Below are positions 25,022 through 35,400 of a stretch of 64,000 bases of DNA, piece by piece. The position numbers and the translations under genes were made by a program. The first letter of the stretch is position 1; each line of letters begins with the position of its first letter. Location: NCBI GenBank assembly GCA_965262715.1, contig OZ253553.1, positions 2,272,001 through 2,336,000 on the forward strand, in the 5' to 3' direction. The DNA comes from Bdellovibrionales bacterium (GTDB taxonomy: Bacteria; Bdellovibrionota; Bdellovibrionia; Bdellovibrionales; JAUICD01). The notes under the pieces are model-generated. The model was not told the origin of the DNA and searched no databases. It was given only the letters and a program-made list of their open reading frames with translations.

Positions 25022-25371
25022 TGAAGCAATTTAAAAGTTGGATTTGGATACAGATAGCTTTATGTTTTTTATCTACTTGTTTTGTCTTTTTCTTTTTTGA
25101 TCAAAAGATCACAGTGAGTTTTTTTATTGGAGCTTTACTGAGCACTTCTAATGTGATCTTTTACTTTTTCTTATCTTATTTTTTATTGAAAAGCTTTTTA
25201 CATAGAGGTGTTTTTTTATATCTTTTTTTGGGCTATTTATTGAAATATGGTATTTTATTTTTGATATTTTGGCCTTTCTTTTCAGAAGTGGATATTCTGT
25301 GGGTTATAGCTGGGTTTTCCACTTTTATTGTTTCAAGCCTCATTGAGAGAATTAAGATTAGGGCTTCGTAG
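25021..25371 (+). CDS. Four-helix membrane protein, possibly ATP synthase protein I-like
   Basis: 116 aa, four hydrophobic segments, G...S..N and LLKY pattern. Confidence 0.5.
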   Translation: MKQFKSWIWIQIALCFLSTCFVFFFFDQKITVSFFIGALLSTSNVIFYFFLSYFLLKSFLHRGVFLYLFLGYLLKYGILFLIFWPFFSEVDILWVIAGFSTFIVSSLIERIKIRAS

Positions 25372-25390
25372 TTAAATGATATAATAACAA

Positions 25391-25909
25391 TTATAGACTT
25401 TGGTTATTTTTTTCGACTTGTTGATCACTACCACAACATTCTGAACTTGTATAACCTTGCTCTTTGTTTTCTATAACCTCCCATGGTTCAATATCATCAA
25501 TAAGTGGCATCTTTTCCCAGTCAGTGACTCCCCATTTTTCAAGATCTGTACAAGGCACACTTCCTGTTAAAGTATGAGGATCATCTTCAGTGCCGGGCTC
25601 TTTATCGGCTCCATAACCATAATATTTTCCATTTTCAGAAATTACAGATAGATATCCACAAGAAGGGCGACAAATCCCATCACCTAAATCTTTGACATGG
25701 CAGGTACTGGGGCTATCGCAGTTTTCTATGCTGAAACGAGTATCTTCTGTTCTTTCACAGGCTCCATAAGATATCGCGGTCGTGGTAGTAGTAGCAGTTG
25801 TTGTTGTTATAATAGAAAGTGTAGAAGGTATTGTTAGCTCTCCTTTAGAACAACAAACAAGGAAGGTGCTTATAATTGATAGTAATGTAAGTTTGTGAAA
25901 AAGTGACAT
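25391..25909 (-). CDS. Cys-rich lipoprotein with Thr-rich linker
   Basis: FLVCC lipobox, poly-Thr tract, eight downstream Cys. Confidence 0.7.
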   Translation of the reverse strand: MSLFHKLTLLSIISTFLVCCSKGELTIPSTLSIITTTTATTTTTAISYGACERTEDTRFSIENCDSPSTCHVKDLGDGICRPSCGYLSVISENGKYYGYGADKEPGTEDDPHTLTGSVPCTDLEKWGVTDWEKMPLIDDIEPWEVIENKEQGYTSSECCGSDQQVEKNNQSL

Positions 25910-26437
25910 AGATGTTTTCTCCCTGCTGTTTATAAATAAGTTATCGGAAGATGAAATGGATTTATTGGCACAACCTAAGTCTAAATATTCATTAACTAAT
26001 CTTTTGTTTACAACAGGTTACAAGTTATTTTGTTAGAGGTTTATAGCATATGCGTTATAAATATATTTGTAGCTAGGCATTAGAAAAGCATGAATGAAGG
26101 TGATTGCTTTTTCTTAATTATCTGATGAAATGGATGAATTTTTAAATATAAAAAAGTTTAAATAGCGGAAAAATGAGTGGAAAAACTGTAAATCTTAAGT
26201 AAAACAAGATAGGAAATTAAGAGAAATACTTTAGGATATTTTATAAAAACCTTTGATTATTGCAACACATAAGATAAAGGGCTTTATTGGCGGTGTTGAT
26301 GAACCTTGTAAAAAAAATAATATTTTTTAAATAAATTGTAGACAGCTCTTGTCGCCTCATGTAACGCTATTAGTAAATGAATTATTATACACTTTTATTA
26401 TTAACCTATTAACTTATTTTTTGAAGGAGTTGTGATT

Positions 26438-26611
26438 ATGAAAAATACAAAAAAAACACTACTAGGATATCTATTTGCTATGCTGTTTGTACTAGGAGCT
26501 ACACTAGTTGGTTGTGGCTCTGATGATTGTGATGATGGTCAAGTAAAAAATGATGCCGGCACTTGTGTTGCATGTGGAGGAGGAGGAACTCAACCTCAAT
26601 GTTCTAGTTAG
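26438..26611 (+). CDS. 57-aa Cys-rich small lipoprotein (absent from ORF track)
   Basis: AAGGAG ribosome binding site; MKNTKKTLLGYLFAMLFVLGATLVG|CGSDDCDDGQVKNDAGTCVACGGGGTQPQCSS*; hairpin downstream. Confidence 0.8.
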   Translation: MKNTKKTLLGYLFAMLFVLGATLVGCGSDDCDDGQVKNDAGTCVACGGGGTQPQCSS

Positions 26612-26777
26612 ATATTTATAAAATAATAACTCAAGGTGGGTGATTGCTTTTGAGCAAATTTATCCACCTTGAGTTATTTTAATATTTATCTAAACAAAGC
26701 CTGAAAAGAACTTCTGATAACTAATCTTTTGCAGCAATACTGATACTCAATTCGTCCCTGTGTATATGATGAGGGCT
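26545..26777. repeat. 233-bp direct repeat (left target duplication of IS1634 #1)
   Basis: Matches 28698-28930 with no mismatch seen; abuts the element terminus. Confidence 0.95.
26624..26680 (+). terminator. Hairpin terminator of the small lipoprotein gene; duplicated at 28777-28833
   Basis: AATAACTCAAGGTGG ... CCACCTTGAGTTATT stem followed by T-rich tract. Confidence 0.6.
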
Positions 26778-28697
26778 CCTGACTTCGACGGTTTAAACTT
26801 ATAAGTTACTGGGATCATTGGATGATACATTACATCATAGGCACTACAATTGATTTTTAGTTATGTATTAAGTGTATTTTTATTCAATAAGATAAGGTGT
26901 TGTAGAGTGCTTAAGTCCCATAATCTGATAGATTTTCAGAGCTTCCTTACTTATATTTGAAGGTATAGAGTACTTTCTGTTATTGGTTTGATCTACTAAT
27001 AAACTATGCTGTACATGGATTAAAGCATTTCGTATAACTTCCGGTGAACAGGATTGGTATTGTATCTTAATTCTGTAAGCTAAGTGTCTTATACAGACTA
27101 AACAGATAAAAGCAATGGCTATGTGGGCTTTGATTCGATCTGATGTCCAGTGAAATATAGGACGTATTTTTAAATCATGCTTAGCTATCCGGAATGTTTC
27201 TTCGACTTGCCATAACCCCTTATATTGGCTAATAATGTCTAAATCATCCATATCTTTGAGGTTTGTTATGACTCCAAACAAACCATCCCACTTTTGATCT
27301 TCTTTGACTCGATTTTCATTGACTGAAAGCTTTTGTTTCTTGCCTGTGACTTTTAAATACTTCTTATAACCGTAATTGTTTAATAAAGTCTTCACATCTT
27401 GAGCCTTTGAGAGTTTCTTAACTAAACTATCTATAGTTTGTTGACGATCATGTCGATCTTTCTCCGCTCTCTTATAAGAATAACAAACTATCACTTTCCT
27501 CTTATTATCTTTATCTTCTAATGATTGAATCTTGAAACCTTCTTGTTTACTGACAATTTTGTACTTTGACTTATCTAATACAAGCTCTTGTTTTACTTTT
27601 GGTAATTTCTTAAGCTTAGCTCCTACAATATAATGAAGATTCTCATCTTCTAGTGCTTTTAAATTATCTTCACTTAACATTCCTCTATCAGCGACATAAA
27701 TAGCTTGTTCTAAGTTATATTTAGACTTCATCTCTTTTATCACTGGATTTAAGGTATGACCCTCGAAGATAGCACCCGGGAAAGTCTCGTAACTGACAGG
27801 AAAACCTTCTTTGGTCACAACGACTGCTAAACACACTTGAGATTCTTTAAACTTAGCATCTTTACTGTAACCTCTTTGTCTTAAATCATCTTCAATAATT
27901 GATTCAAAATACAGTGTCGTACAATCAAAAAACAAAACTTTCAAAGGCTCTTTAAAAACCTTTTGTGCCACTTGACCTGCCAGTCTCTTTATCTTATCTA
28001 TCCTTTTGCTATCTAAACGATCCATCATGCGATAAATCTTCTCTAACGAAATATGAACTCCAAAATCCTCTTCTAAAAATCGACTGCTCTCTCTTTTACT
28101 TTGAGGATTAGCTATCCGAGCCATCACTGTATGAAATAAAACCCAATGTGATGAATGATAACGACTCACTGGTAAAATGCGATCTAAACCTAATTCCTTG
28201 TACATAGCTCCATAAACCTCATGAATACCTACAATGACTCTTTGATCTTCCCTTAGTTTCTTAAGATCTACTTTTAAGGGTTTATTGCAATGACGAAACT
28301 TGGACTCAATCACTTGTTTAGAAATCTCTTCCGGAGCAAAAAAAGATAATTGATTTTCATTTGTTAGTTTAGCTTTGATGAATTCTCCAAGCTCTTGAAG
28401 ACGAAATAGCTCATCCTCATCTTGAGCCACTCCGACATGACGGATGATCTTTTGGCGAACTTTATTGCCATAACGGATAGAATCAACGATCTGAACTGAC
28501 TGCCTTGGACTGTTTGGTGTGCTTTTGATTCTTACAAACATAAAAATAATTTAATGCTTATTAAAAAAAAAGTCAAAATAAAAATAAAAATAATCTGACA
28601 TGGTGTGTTACTAGGCACTACATCGAAAACTTACTCCAAAATCCTATAACCATCAATGTTACAAAACCAATACCGAACATAAACCGTCGAAGTCAGG
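26778..28697 (-). mobile_element. IS1634-family insertion sequence #1 (1,920 bp)
   Basis: Perfect 18-bp terminal inverted repeats CCTGACTTCGACGGTTTA / TAAACCGTCGAAGTCAGG; single transposase; long flanking direct repeats. Confidence 0.93.
26880..28541 (-). CDS. IS1634-family DDE transposase
   Basis: FFDCTTLYFE, GYSKD, VADRGM, WQVEETFR..K..L.IRPIFHW. Confidence 0.93.
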   Translation of the reverse strand: MFVRIKSTPNSPRQSVQIVDSIRYGNKVRQKIIRHVGVAQDEDELFRLQELGEFIKAKLTNENQLSFFAPEEISKQVIESKFRHCNKPLKVDLKKLREDQRVIVGIHEVYGAMYKELGLDRILPVSRYHSSHWVLFHTVMARIANPQSKRESSRFLEEDFGVHISLEKIYRMMDRLDSKRIDKIKRLAGQVAQKVFKEPLKVLFFDCTTLYFESIIEDDLRQRGYSKDAKFKESQVCLAVVVTKEGFPVSYETFPGAIFEGHTLNPVIKEMKSKYNLEQAIYVADRGMLSEDNLKALEDENLHYIVGAKLKKLPKVKQELVLDKSKYKIVSKQEGFKIQSLEDKDNKRKVIVCYSYKRAEKDRHDRQQTIDSLVKKLSKAQDVKTLLNNYGYKKYLKVTGKKQKLSVNENRVKEDQKWDGLFGVITNLKDMDDLDIISQYKGLWQVEETFRIAKHDLKIRPIFHWTSDRIKAHIAIAFICLVCIRHLAYRIKIQYQSCSPEVIRNALIHVQHSLLVDQTNNRKYSIPSNISKEALKIYQIMGLKHSTTPYLIE

Positions 28698-28930
28698 AAA
28701 AAATGATGCCGGCACTTGTGTTGCATGTGGAGGAGGAGGAACTCAACCTCAATGTTCTAGTTAGATATTTATAAAATAATAACTCAAGGTGGGTGATTGC
28801 TTTTGAGCAAATTTATCCACCTTGAGTTATTTTAATATTTATCTAAACAAAGCCTGAAAAGAACTTCTGATAACTAATCTTTTGCAGCAATACTGATACT
28901 CAATTCGTCCCTGTGTATATGATGAGGGCT
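28698..28930. repeat. 233-bp direct repeat (right target duplication of IS1634 #1)
   Basis: Matches 26545-26777. Confidence 0.95.
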
Positions 28931-29216
28931 CTTCGGGATGAGTTTTTATCTTTGGTTGTTTAAATGTCTGACTTTTCCATGCTTGATAGCCGGTCGAGAC
29001 CAATTATCAATGTGATGATAATAAGTCATAGTTCAGATAACGAAAAGCATAAGGTTAAAGATTATTAATGAACACATAGATCACATTCTTCTTATAAAAA
29101 AGCTTGTCAGACTCAATTAAATCAAATGCTGTTATTTTAAAAAATAACTAGACATATTACTAGGTTAGTGTAACAAATCAAAAGAGCTTTTATCCAAGAG
29201 TAACTTAGAGGCAGCC

Positions 29217-29315
29217 TGTCTATGCAATCTAAAACGCAAGGGATTTTTAACTTTCAAAATCACCTTATAAAGGAATCGCCGGTTGAAAATTTGCAGACGA
29301 ATGAAAACTTTTCTG
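29217..29315 (+). pseudogene. Diverged 99-bp copy of xseA 5' end
   Basis: About 7 mismatches to 36311-36409; MQSKTQGIFNFQNHLIKESPVENLQTNENFS. Confidence 0.85.
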
Positions 29316-29916
29316 GTATTAAATTTAACAAATCTCTAAAAACGTTTAGATCAGATAGTGTTTTAATATCACGACTATTCTCAAAGGCTAATCGATCCAA
29401 TTGTAGCCTAGACCAACGTTTAGCTTTTTTTCATGCCCAGCTAGCAGAAAGGCTTTGGGAATCCGCCTAAGCTCATTAAACCTTCCCAGTTATAAGAAAT
29501 CTAGTTTTATGAAGCACTTGATCAGGGCTAGGAGATTTAAAATTTTCTGTTACAGAGAAAAGGGTAAGTCGATATGGAATGTATCTACCAAGTAGGCTAT
29601 CACTGTGTTTTCTGTAAGTATCTAAACGATTGCTGCCTGTTACAATGATGCCTAAATTGTCTTTGTAAGAATCATAAAGATCTTTAAGATGGGGGTTCCA
29701 TTTTCTGTTTTTGTGCATTTCATCAAAAAGAACAGGCCCATGACCAATTTTTTTGATAGCACCTTCAGGTGAATGCATCCAAGTTCTTTGAAAATGAGGG
29801 TTATTCCATGAAAAATAATTATTTTTAGATTTTAACAAGCTTTTGCCTAAAGTAGTTTTACCTACCTGACGCGGACCACTTATAAAAGCCATTTTTTTAT
29901 AATGCAGGTAGTACAA
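29316..29916 (-). pseudogene. Truncated, frameshifted AAA_14/DUF4143 ATPase
   Basis: GPRQVGKT, FDEMHK, VTGS; LGGFPKPF motif continues in another frame beyond 29476 and ends at the xseA fragment. Confidence 0.75.
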
Positions 29917-30125
29917 CTGTTATACAACTGTCCATGCTTTAATCACAGAACGTTTTATAAATGTTGATCAAATAAGTTTATAAATTCTATTTTTGTTTCA
30001 TAGTTATACAATTATGATTTTTCAATGCCTTTTTAAAGGCAACTTTTCTCTTTATGCTCTCAAAAATTCTTTATTGGAGCGTTTTTTGCTTATTTCCTAT
30101 GTAGGGATATTTTTTGAGGGGGAGT

Positions 30126-31916
30126 ATGAAGAATCATAAATTTTATTTTCTAGGGATTACATTAGCTTTATTAGCTTTATTTACAAATTGTAAAGAGAGT
30201 TCTTTTTCTTCAAATAATTTAACTTCTATGTCTTCTGGTGAGAATAAAGCTTCCACGACAACAATAACAACATCAACACAACAAACACAAACATCGGAAG
30301 GTACACCTGGGCAATGTGGTCAAGACACTTATACTTGCTTGAACGGTACAACTCTTTCTAATAACAGAGAAGAAGATGGTTCTTACAAGTGGTCTTGCTT
30401 AGGGTTAAATGGAGGAGAGGATGTCCATACCTGTAGTCTAACTACAATGCCATTATCTCCAGAACCTGTCAATGGACAGTGTGATAACTCTCTTCGCTAT
30501 GCATGTTTTAATGGTAGCACTCCTGATTATACTAGAGAGCAAGGAACCTTTTATAAATGGTCTTGTTTAGGACTTCATGGAGGAGAAGACATTGACACCT
30601 GTAGTAAAGAAATCCCAGCTTCATCTCAACCAGTTAATGGACAATGTGATGATTCAAAATATTATGCCTGTCTTAGTGACACCACAGTTTCTAGCAAAAG
30701 AATAGAAAATGGTTTTTACAAATGGACGTGTCTAGGAATTCACGGAGGCTCAGATATTTTCTGTCAATCAGCAGTTCCACCACAAGCTGTCAATGGAGAA
30801 TGTAGTGAGGAAGAACATTACACTTGCCTCAATGGTACCACTCCATCAGATGCTGTAGAAAGCGATGGCTTTTATAGATGGTCCTGTCTAGGACTTCATG
30901 GAGGAGAAGATATTCACACTTGTCATCAAGCTCTACCACCACAGACTGTCGATGGACAATGTGGTGAGGAAGAACATTACACTTGCCTCAATGAAACTAT
31001 TCCTGAAAATCTCATAGAGGAAGATGGCTTCTATAAATGGACCTGTTTAGGACTTCATAGAGGTGACGATACCTCTTGTAGTAAAGAAGTGCCACCTTCA
31101 ATTCCAGTAGAGTCGGATGATAGTTTTGAAGTAACTCAAACATCTTTAGCACAAAAAGTAGATATCCTTATGGTGGTAGATGACTCAGGTTCAATGAGTA
31201 AATATCAGAACTTGCTTGGACAACGCTTTGGAGATTTGGTTTCAAATATTACTGGTGTGAATTGGCAAATAGCCTTTATAAATACAAACAGTAGTACTTC
31301 ATCGCATATTAATGAAGTGCTTTCTTCAACAACTTCCAATGTACAAAATAGATTTTTAACATTGATCACTAACCCTCCTGGATCTGCCAGTAATCATGAA
31401 TATCCTTTAACAAATATCACTAGAGTTATAAGTGACAGCCAAAACTCACAAAGCTTTTTTAGAAATGATGCTAGCTTAGCAGTAGTTATTCTTACAAATG
31501 AAGGTCCTGATACAAAAACAGCGCAAAATGTTCTGGATACACTTAAAGCGCAATTTGGTAATGATAAAAGGCTTTTTGCCTATGCGATTATTCCAAGTGG
31601 TAACACTAGTAATAGATATTTATATAGAATCAGAGACCTTGTTGATCGTACTGGGGGAATTACGGGCAATATTAATTCCACGGACTATACCTCTATTTTA
31701 CAAAGTATGAGTACAAATCTAGAAGCAAAACTGAGCCTTAAGGAAATTCCTCTGAGATATGAAGGAGTTATTCAACAGACAATTTCATTGGATTTTACAC
31801 CTGCTGCAAATAAAGTAACAGACTATGTTTATGATCCTCAAACAAATAAAATCATATTCACAACAGTTCCTCCTGGAAGCACAACAATCCATGTTCAATA
31901 TAGATATGTACAATAA
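30126..31916 (+). CDS. Lipoprotein with five Cys-rich repeats and a vWA domain
   Basis: FTNC lipobox; five ~52-57-aa G(Q/E)C...Y.C...Y(K/R)W.CLG..(G/R)G.D..C repeats; MIDAS DDSGSM. Confidence 0.85.
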   Translation: MKNHKFYFLGITLALLALFTNCKESSFSSNNLTSMSSGENKASTTTITTSTQQTQTSEGTPGQCGQDTYTCLNGTTLSNNREEDGSYKWSCLGLNGGEDVHTCSLTTMPLSPEPVNGQCDNSLRYACFNGSTPDYTREQGTFYKWSCLGLHGGEDIDTCSKEIPASSQPVNGQCDDSKYYACLSDTTVSSKRIENGFYKWTCLGIHGGSDIFCQSAVPPQAVNGECSEEEHYTCLNGTTPSDAVESDGFYRWSCLGLHGGEDIHTCHQALPPQTVDGQCGEEEHYTCLNETIPENLIEEDGFYKWTCLGLHRGDDTSCSKEVPPSIPVESDDSFEVTQTSLAQKVDILMVVDDSGSMSKYQNLLGQRFGDLVSNITGVNWQIAFINTNSSTSSHINEVLSSTTSNVQNRFLTLITNPPGSASNHEYPLTNITRVISDSQNSQSFFRNDASLAVVILTNEGPDTKTAQNVLDTLKAQFGNDKRLFAYAIIPSGNTSNRYLYRIRDLVDRTGGITGNINSTDYTSILQSMSTNLEAKLSLKEIPLRYEGVIQQTISLDFTPAANKVTDYVYDPQTNKIIFTTVPPGSTTIHVQYRYVQ

Positions 31917-32061
31917 ATAAAGATAACCTCAAACTGACTGTATAAGTAATTTTATTACTTATAAGCACTCCTCACCTCGATTTGAATCTCTATGTTTCAA
32001 AAAAAATCAAAAATGTATCTCTTCATTATTATAAATGAGCTCTGGTTTTAAGGTGTTCAAC

Positions 32062-32304
32062 GACCTTGTTGCGCAAACATCGGTTGTAACTTCTTATATA
32101 TACTAAGATTTGTAACAAGCTTATTCACTAGCAGCAGAAGGTCCCTGTGCCATCACACCCTAATACAACATTAATACCATTATAGAATTACATTTCTTAA
32201 ATCCATTTCTCTCATAAGGCACTGGCCTGAGCTAGTTCAGTTCATAAGCCTGTTACAAATCTTACATATACTCATTGGCCATTAAGTATTTGTGCAACAA
32301 GACC
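32062..32304. mobile_element. 243-bp IS903-group-like MITE with long internal hairpin
   Basis: Ends GACCTTGTTGCGCAAA / TTTGTGCAACAAGACC; 7/9-matching flanks GTGTTCAAC / GCATTCAAC; 19/20-bp inner inverted repeat. Confidence 0.7.
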
Positions 32305-32411
32305 GCATTCAACTCTTACAGTTTAAGTCAATTTGTGGTGTTCCAGAGAGAGAAGTTTTAAGTTTTCGTTCCATTAGGCCGATCTAAAGTAAAAGAAGAG
32401 GGTTTTGAAAG

Positions 32412-35400
32412 GTGGGTTACTTAAAAGCTTTTTTAAGTCCAGATTATTGTATTCTGTATTTATTATGTGTGTTTCTTATATCTTGTGGTGAGACTGGTAC
32501 AAACACGAATCCTTCTGTTAATGATACACTGCAAGTTATAAATCTAGAAAACGACTTGATGCCTAAGTCATCTAAAACATGGACTTGGAGCTGTAACGAT
32601 ACACCTTGTACGTATCGTCATAAAATCAATCAAAATGCAACTCCATATAGCTTTGATGATAATACTGATATTTTTAATAGTACTGCAACAGCTACACAAG
32701 ACGTAAGAAATGGCGGAGAGGGAACTTATTATTTACATGTACAGGCTGAAGATTCAGAGGGTAATAAATCAGAAGTTCTTCTCGTGTTTGCAATTCTCAA
32801 TAATTTAGGCAATAAAATAGAAATCACCGATATTGACCACGACCTCATTCCAAAGAAATCTAAAAAATGGACTTGGAGTTGTAGTAAACCCCATTGTGTT
32901 TATCGGTATAGTATCACCACATCACCTCAGCACGATTTTTCTGAAAATGACTCATATGTCACAACAGCTACAGCTGCCCAAAGTACAGGAGATGGCATAT
33001 TTTATATTCATATACAAACTAAAGAAAGTGAAGATTCAGATATAGCCTCAGAAGTTGTCTCTTTTTCAGCAATTTTGGATAATACCCCTCCAGACGCTCC
33101 TAACGCCAGTTCTTTTTCAGTATCTTCTCCCAGCAATCTAAGGGTACCCGATATCACAGTATCGAATCTTAAAGAAGGTGATCATGTTGAGATTTATACA
33201 AGCAGTGATTGTTCAGGCTCCTCTGTAGGAGATGAAGTTGTAGGAAACTCTCAAACCTCTGTGTCAGTTAAGTTGCAGCAACTAATAACAGAAGATAGTT
33301 ATAAATACTACGCAAAGATTATAGATGTTGCCGGAAATGCTAGCTCTTGTTCTAAAGAACCTGTTTTGACATATGTTCTGGATCAATCAGCACCAGAGGT
33401 TACAGGATTAGAACCTGATAATGTTGAAAAAGGTGCTAAAACATGGTTATGGTCTTGTAATGAGAGTTGTACTTACCGACATCATATTAATAATCAACCT
33501 CAGCATATTTTTCAAACAGATGAAGCTTATACTCTTACAAATTCAACTTCTCAAGTAGAAGGACAAGGAACTTATTATCTTCATGTTCAAGCTAAAGATA
33601 TTGCGGGGAATGAATCTCGAGTGAGGTCGGTATCTGCTGTTTTAGTCAACAAGCCTGGAGTGATCGGTCTTGTAAGTAGCAAGCTACCTCAAAAATCTGT
33701 CACTTGGACTTGGGGTTGTAATAAAGAAAACTGCACGTATCGTCATAAAGTCAATCAAAATACAACTCCATATAGCTTTGATGATAATACTGATATTTTT
33801 AATAATGTTGCAACAGCATTACAAAATACAGGAGATAGCACTTATTATTTACATGTACAGGCTAAAGTTATACAAGATGGACAAGAGTTGCTTTCTACTG
33901 TTGAAGTGGTTTCAGCTATTTTGGACAACACGCCTCCCTCAGCTTTAGCATTAGCTCATTTTTCTACTCAATCTCCTAGTAATGATAGAACTCCAGAAAT
34001 AACAATTTCAGGTGTCACTGAAGGAGATACTATAAATCTTTATAGGCAAAGTAGTTGCACAACTTCTGTTGGAACTGCAACAGTATTGGCTGGAGAAACC
34101 TCTGTTGCTATTGAAGTGAATGAACTTCCTAATGTAGATAGTAGTTATGATTTTTATGCTACAGTGACAGATCAGGCTGGAAATATATCTGATTGTTCAA
34201 CAGATAAAATCACTTATGTATTGGATGTAACAGCTCCAAGCTCTCCTTCAAATGTAAGTCTTGTGACAGCATCTCCAAGCACAGATCCGCAACCTTATAT
34301 CAAAGTTGATGGAATAGCTATTGGAGACATAGTCAGGTTATTTATGGATAATAGGTGTAGTGAAACCAATGAAATTGCTTCTGCCTCTGCACAATCAGGG
34401 AGTATAGATATCCAAGTTTCCTCACCTTTAACAATAGCTTCATCAGACAACCAAAAAACATTTTCTATTTACGCAAATACAAGAGATACAGTAGGTAATA
34501 TCTCCTCTTGTTCTACAGCATCAGCTTCATATGATTTACAAAAACCAGCAGCTCCTACAGCTTTGACTTTAGTGGTTCCAACAACTAATGCAAAAGATCT
34601 TTATGTAGATGCAACTCCAACAATTCGTGTGGGAAGTGTTGTGAGTGATCAAACTGTAAATATTTATAATATGGCTGGTTGTGGAGGTGACTCTGTTGGT
34701 TCAATGAATGCATCTGCTTCAGGGACAGTAGATGTAAAACTATCTCGTTCTTTATTTCCAGGGGCACATAAATTTTATGCGAGTATCTCACATGGAAGTA
34801 ATGTGTCGAGCTGTAGTAATGCCAGTGGGTTTGAATATGTATTTTATAAACCAGTAGCAAATGGAGGGTTTCACACATGTTTTTTATTTCCAGATGGTCG
34901 TGTGAAATGTTGGGGGTACAATCTTTTTGGACAATTAGGGTTAGGTGATACAAGTAGTCGTGGTGATGATAAAAGAGAAATGGGTAGTGCTCTTGGGTAT
35001 ATCAATTTAGGTAGTGGCCGTACAGCTAAGGCTATTTCTGCAGGAAATTCCCATACATGTGCTATTTTAGATAATGACACGGTAAAATGTTGGGGCACAA
35101 ATAGTCATGGTCAATTAGGGCTTGGTAATAAAGTAAACACTAATACTCCAGGTAATTCTACTGTTAGCTTGGGGACTAACCTTACAGCTAAAGCTATTTC
35201 TGTGGGGAATGATCATGCTTGTGCCATTTTAGATAATGACAAGTTAAAATGTTGGGGTAGAAATAGTCATGGTCAATTAGGGCTAGGAGATACAAGAGAT
35301 CGTGGCGGAGCCAATACTGAAATGGGAGATGCTCTTCCTTATGTAGAGATAGGTAATCATACTGCAAAGGCTGTCTCTGCAGGGGATAGCTATACCTGTG

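Noticed and set aside
26661..26669. DnaA-box-like TTATCCACC
   Set aside because: Isolated, mismatched and part of a terminator stem far from oriC
29222..29470. 82-aa ORF as a real gene
   Set aside because: xseA 5' fragment read through into the antisense strand of an ATPase pseudogene
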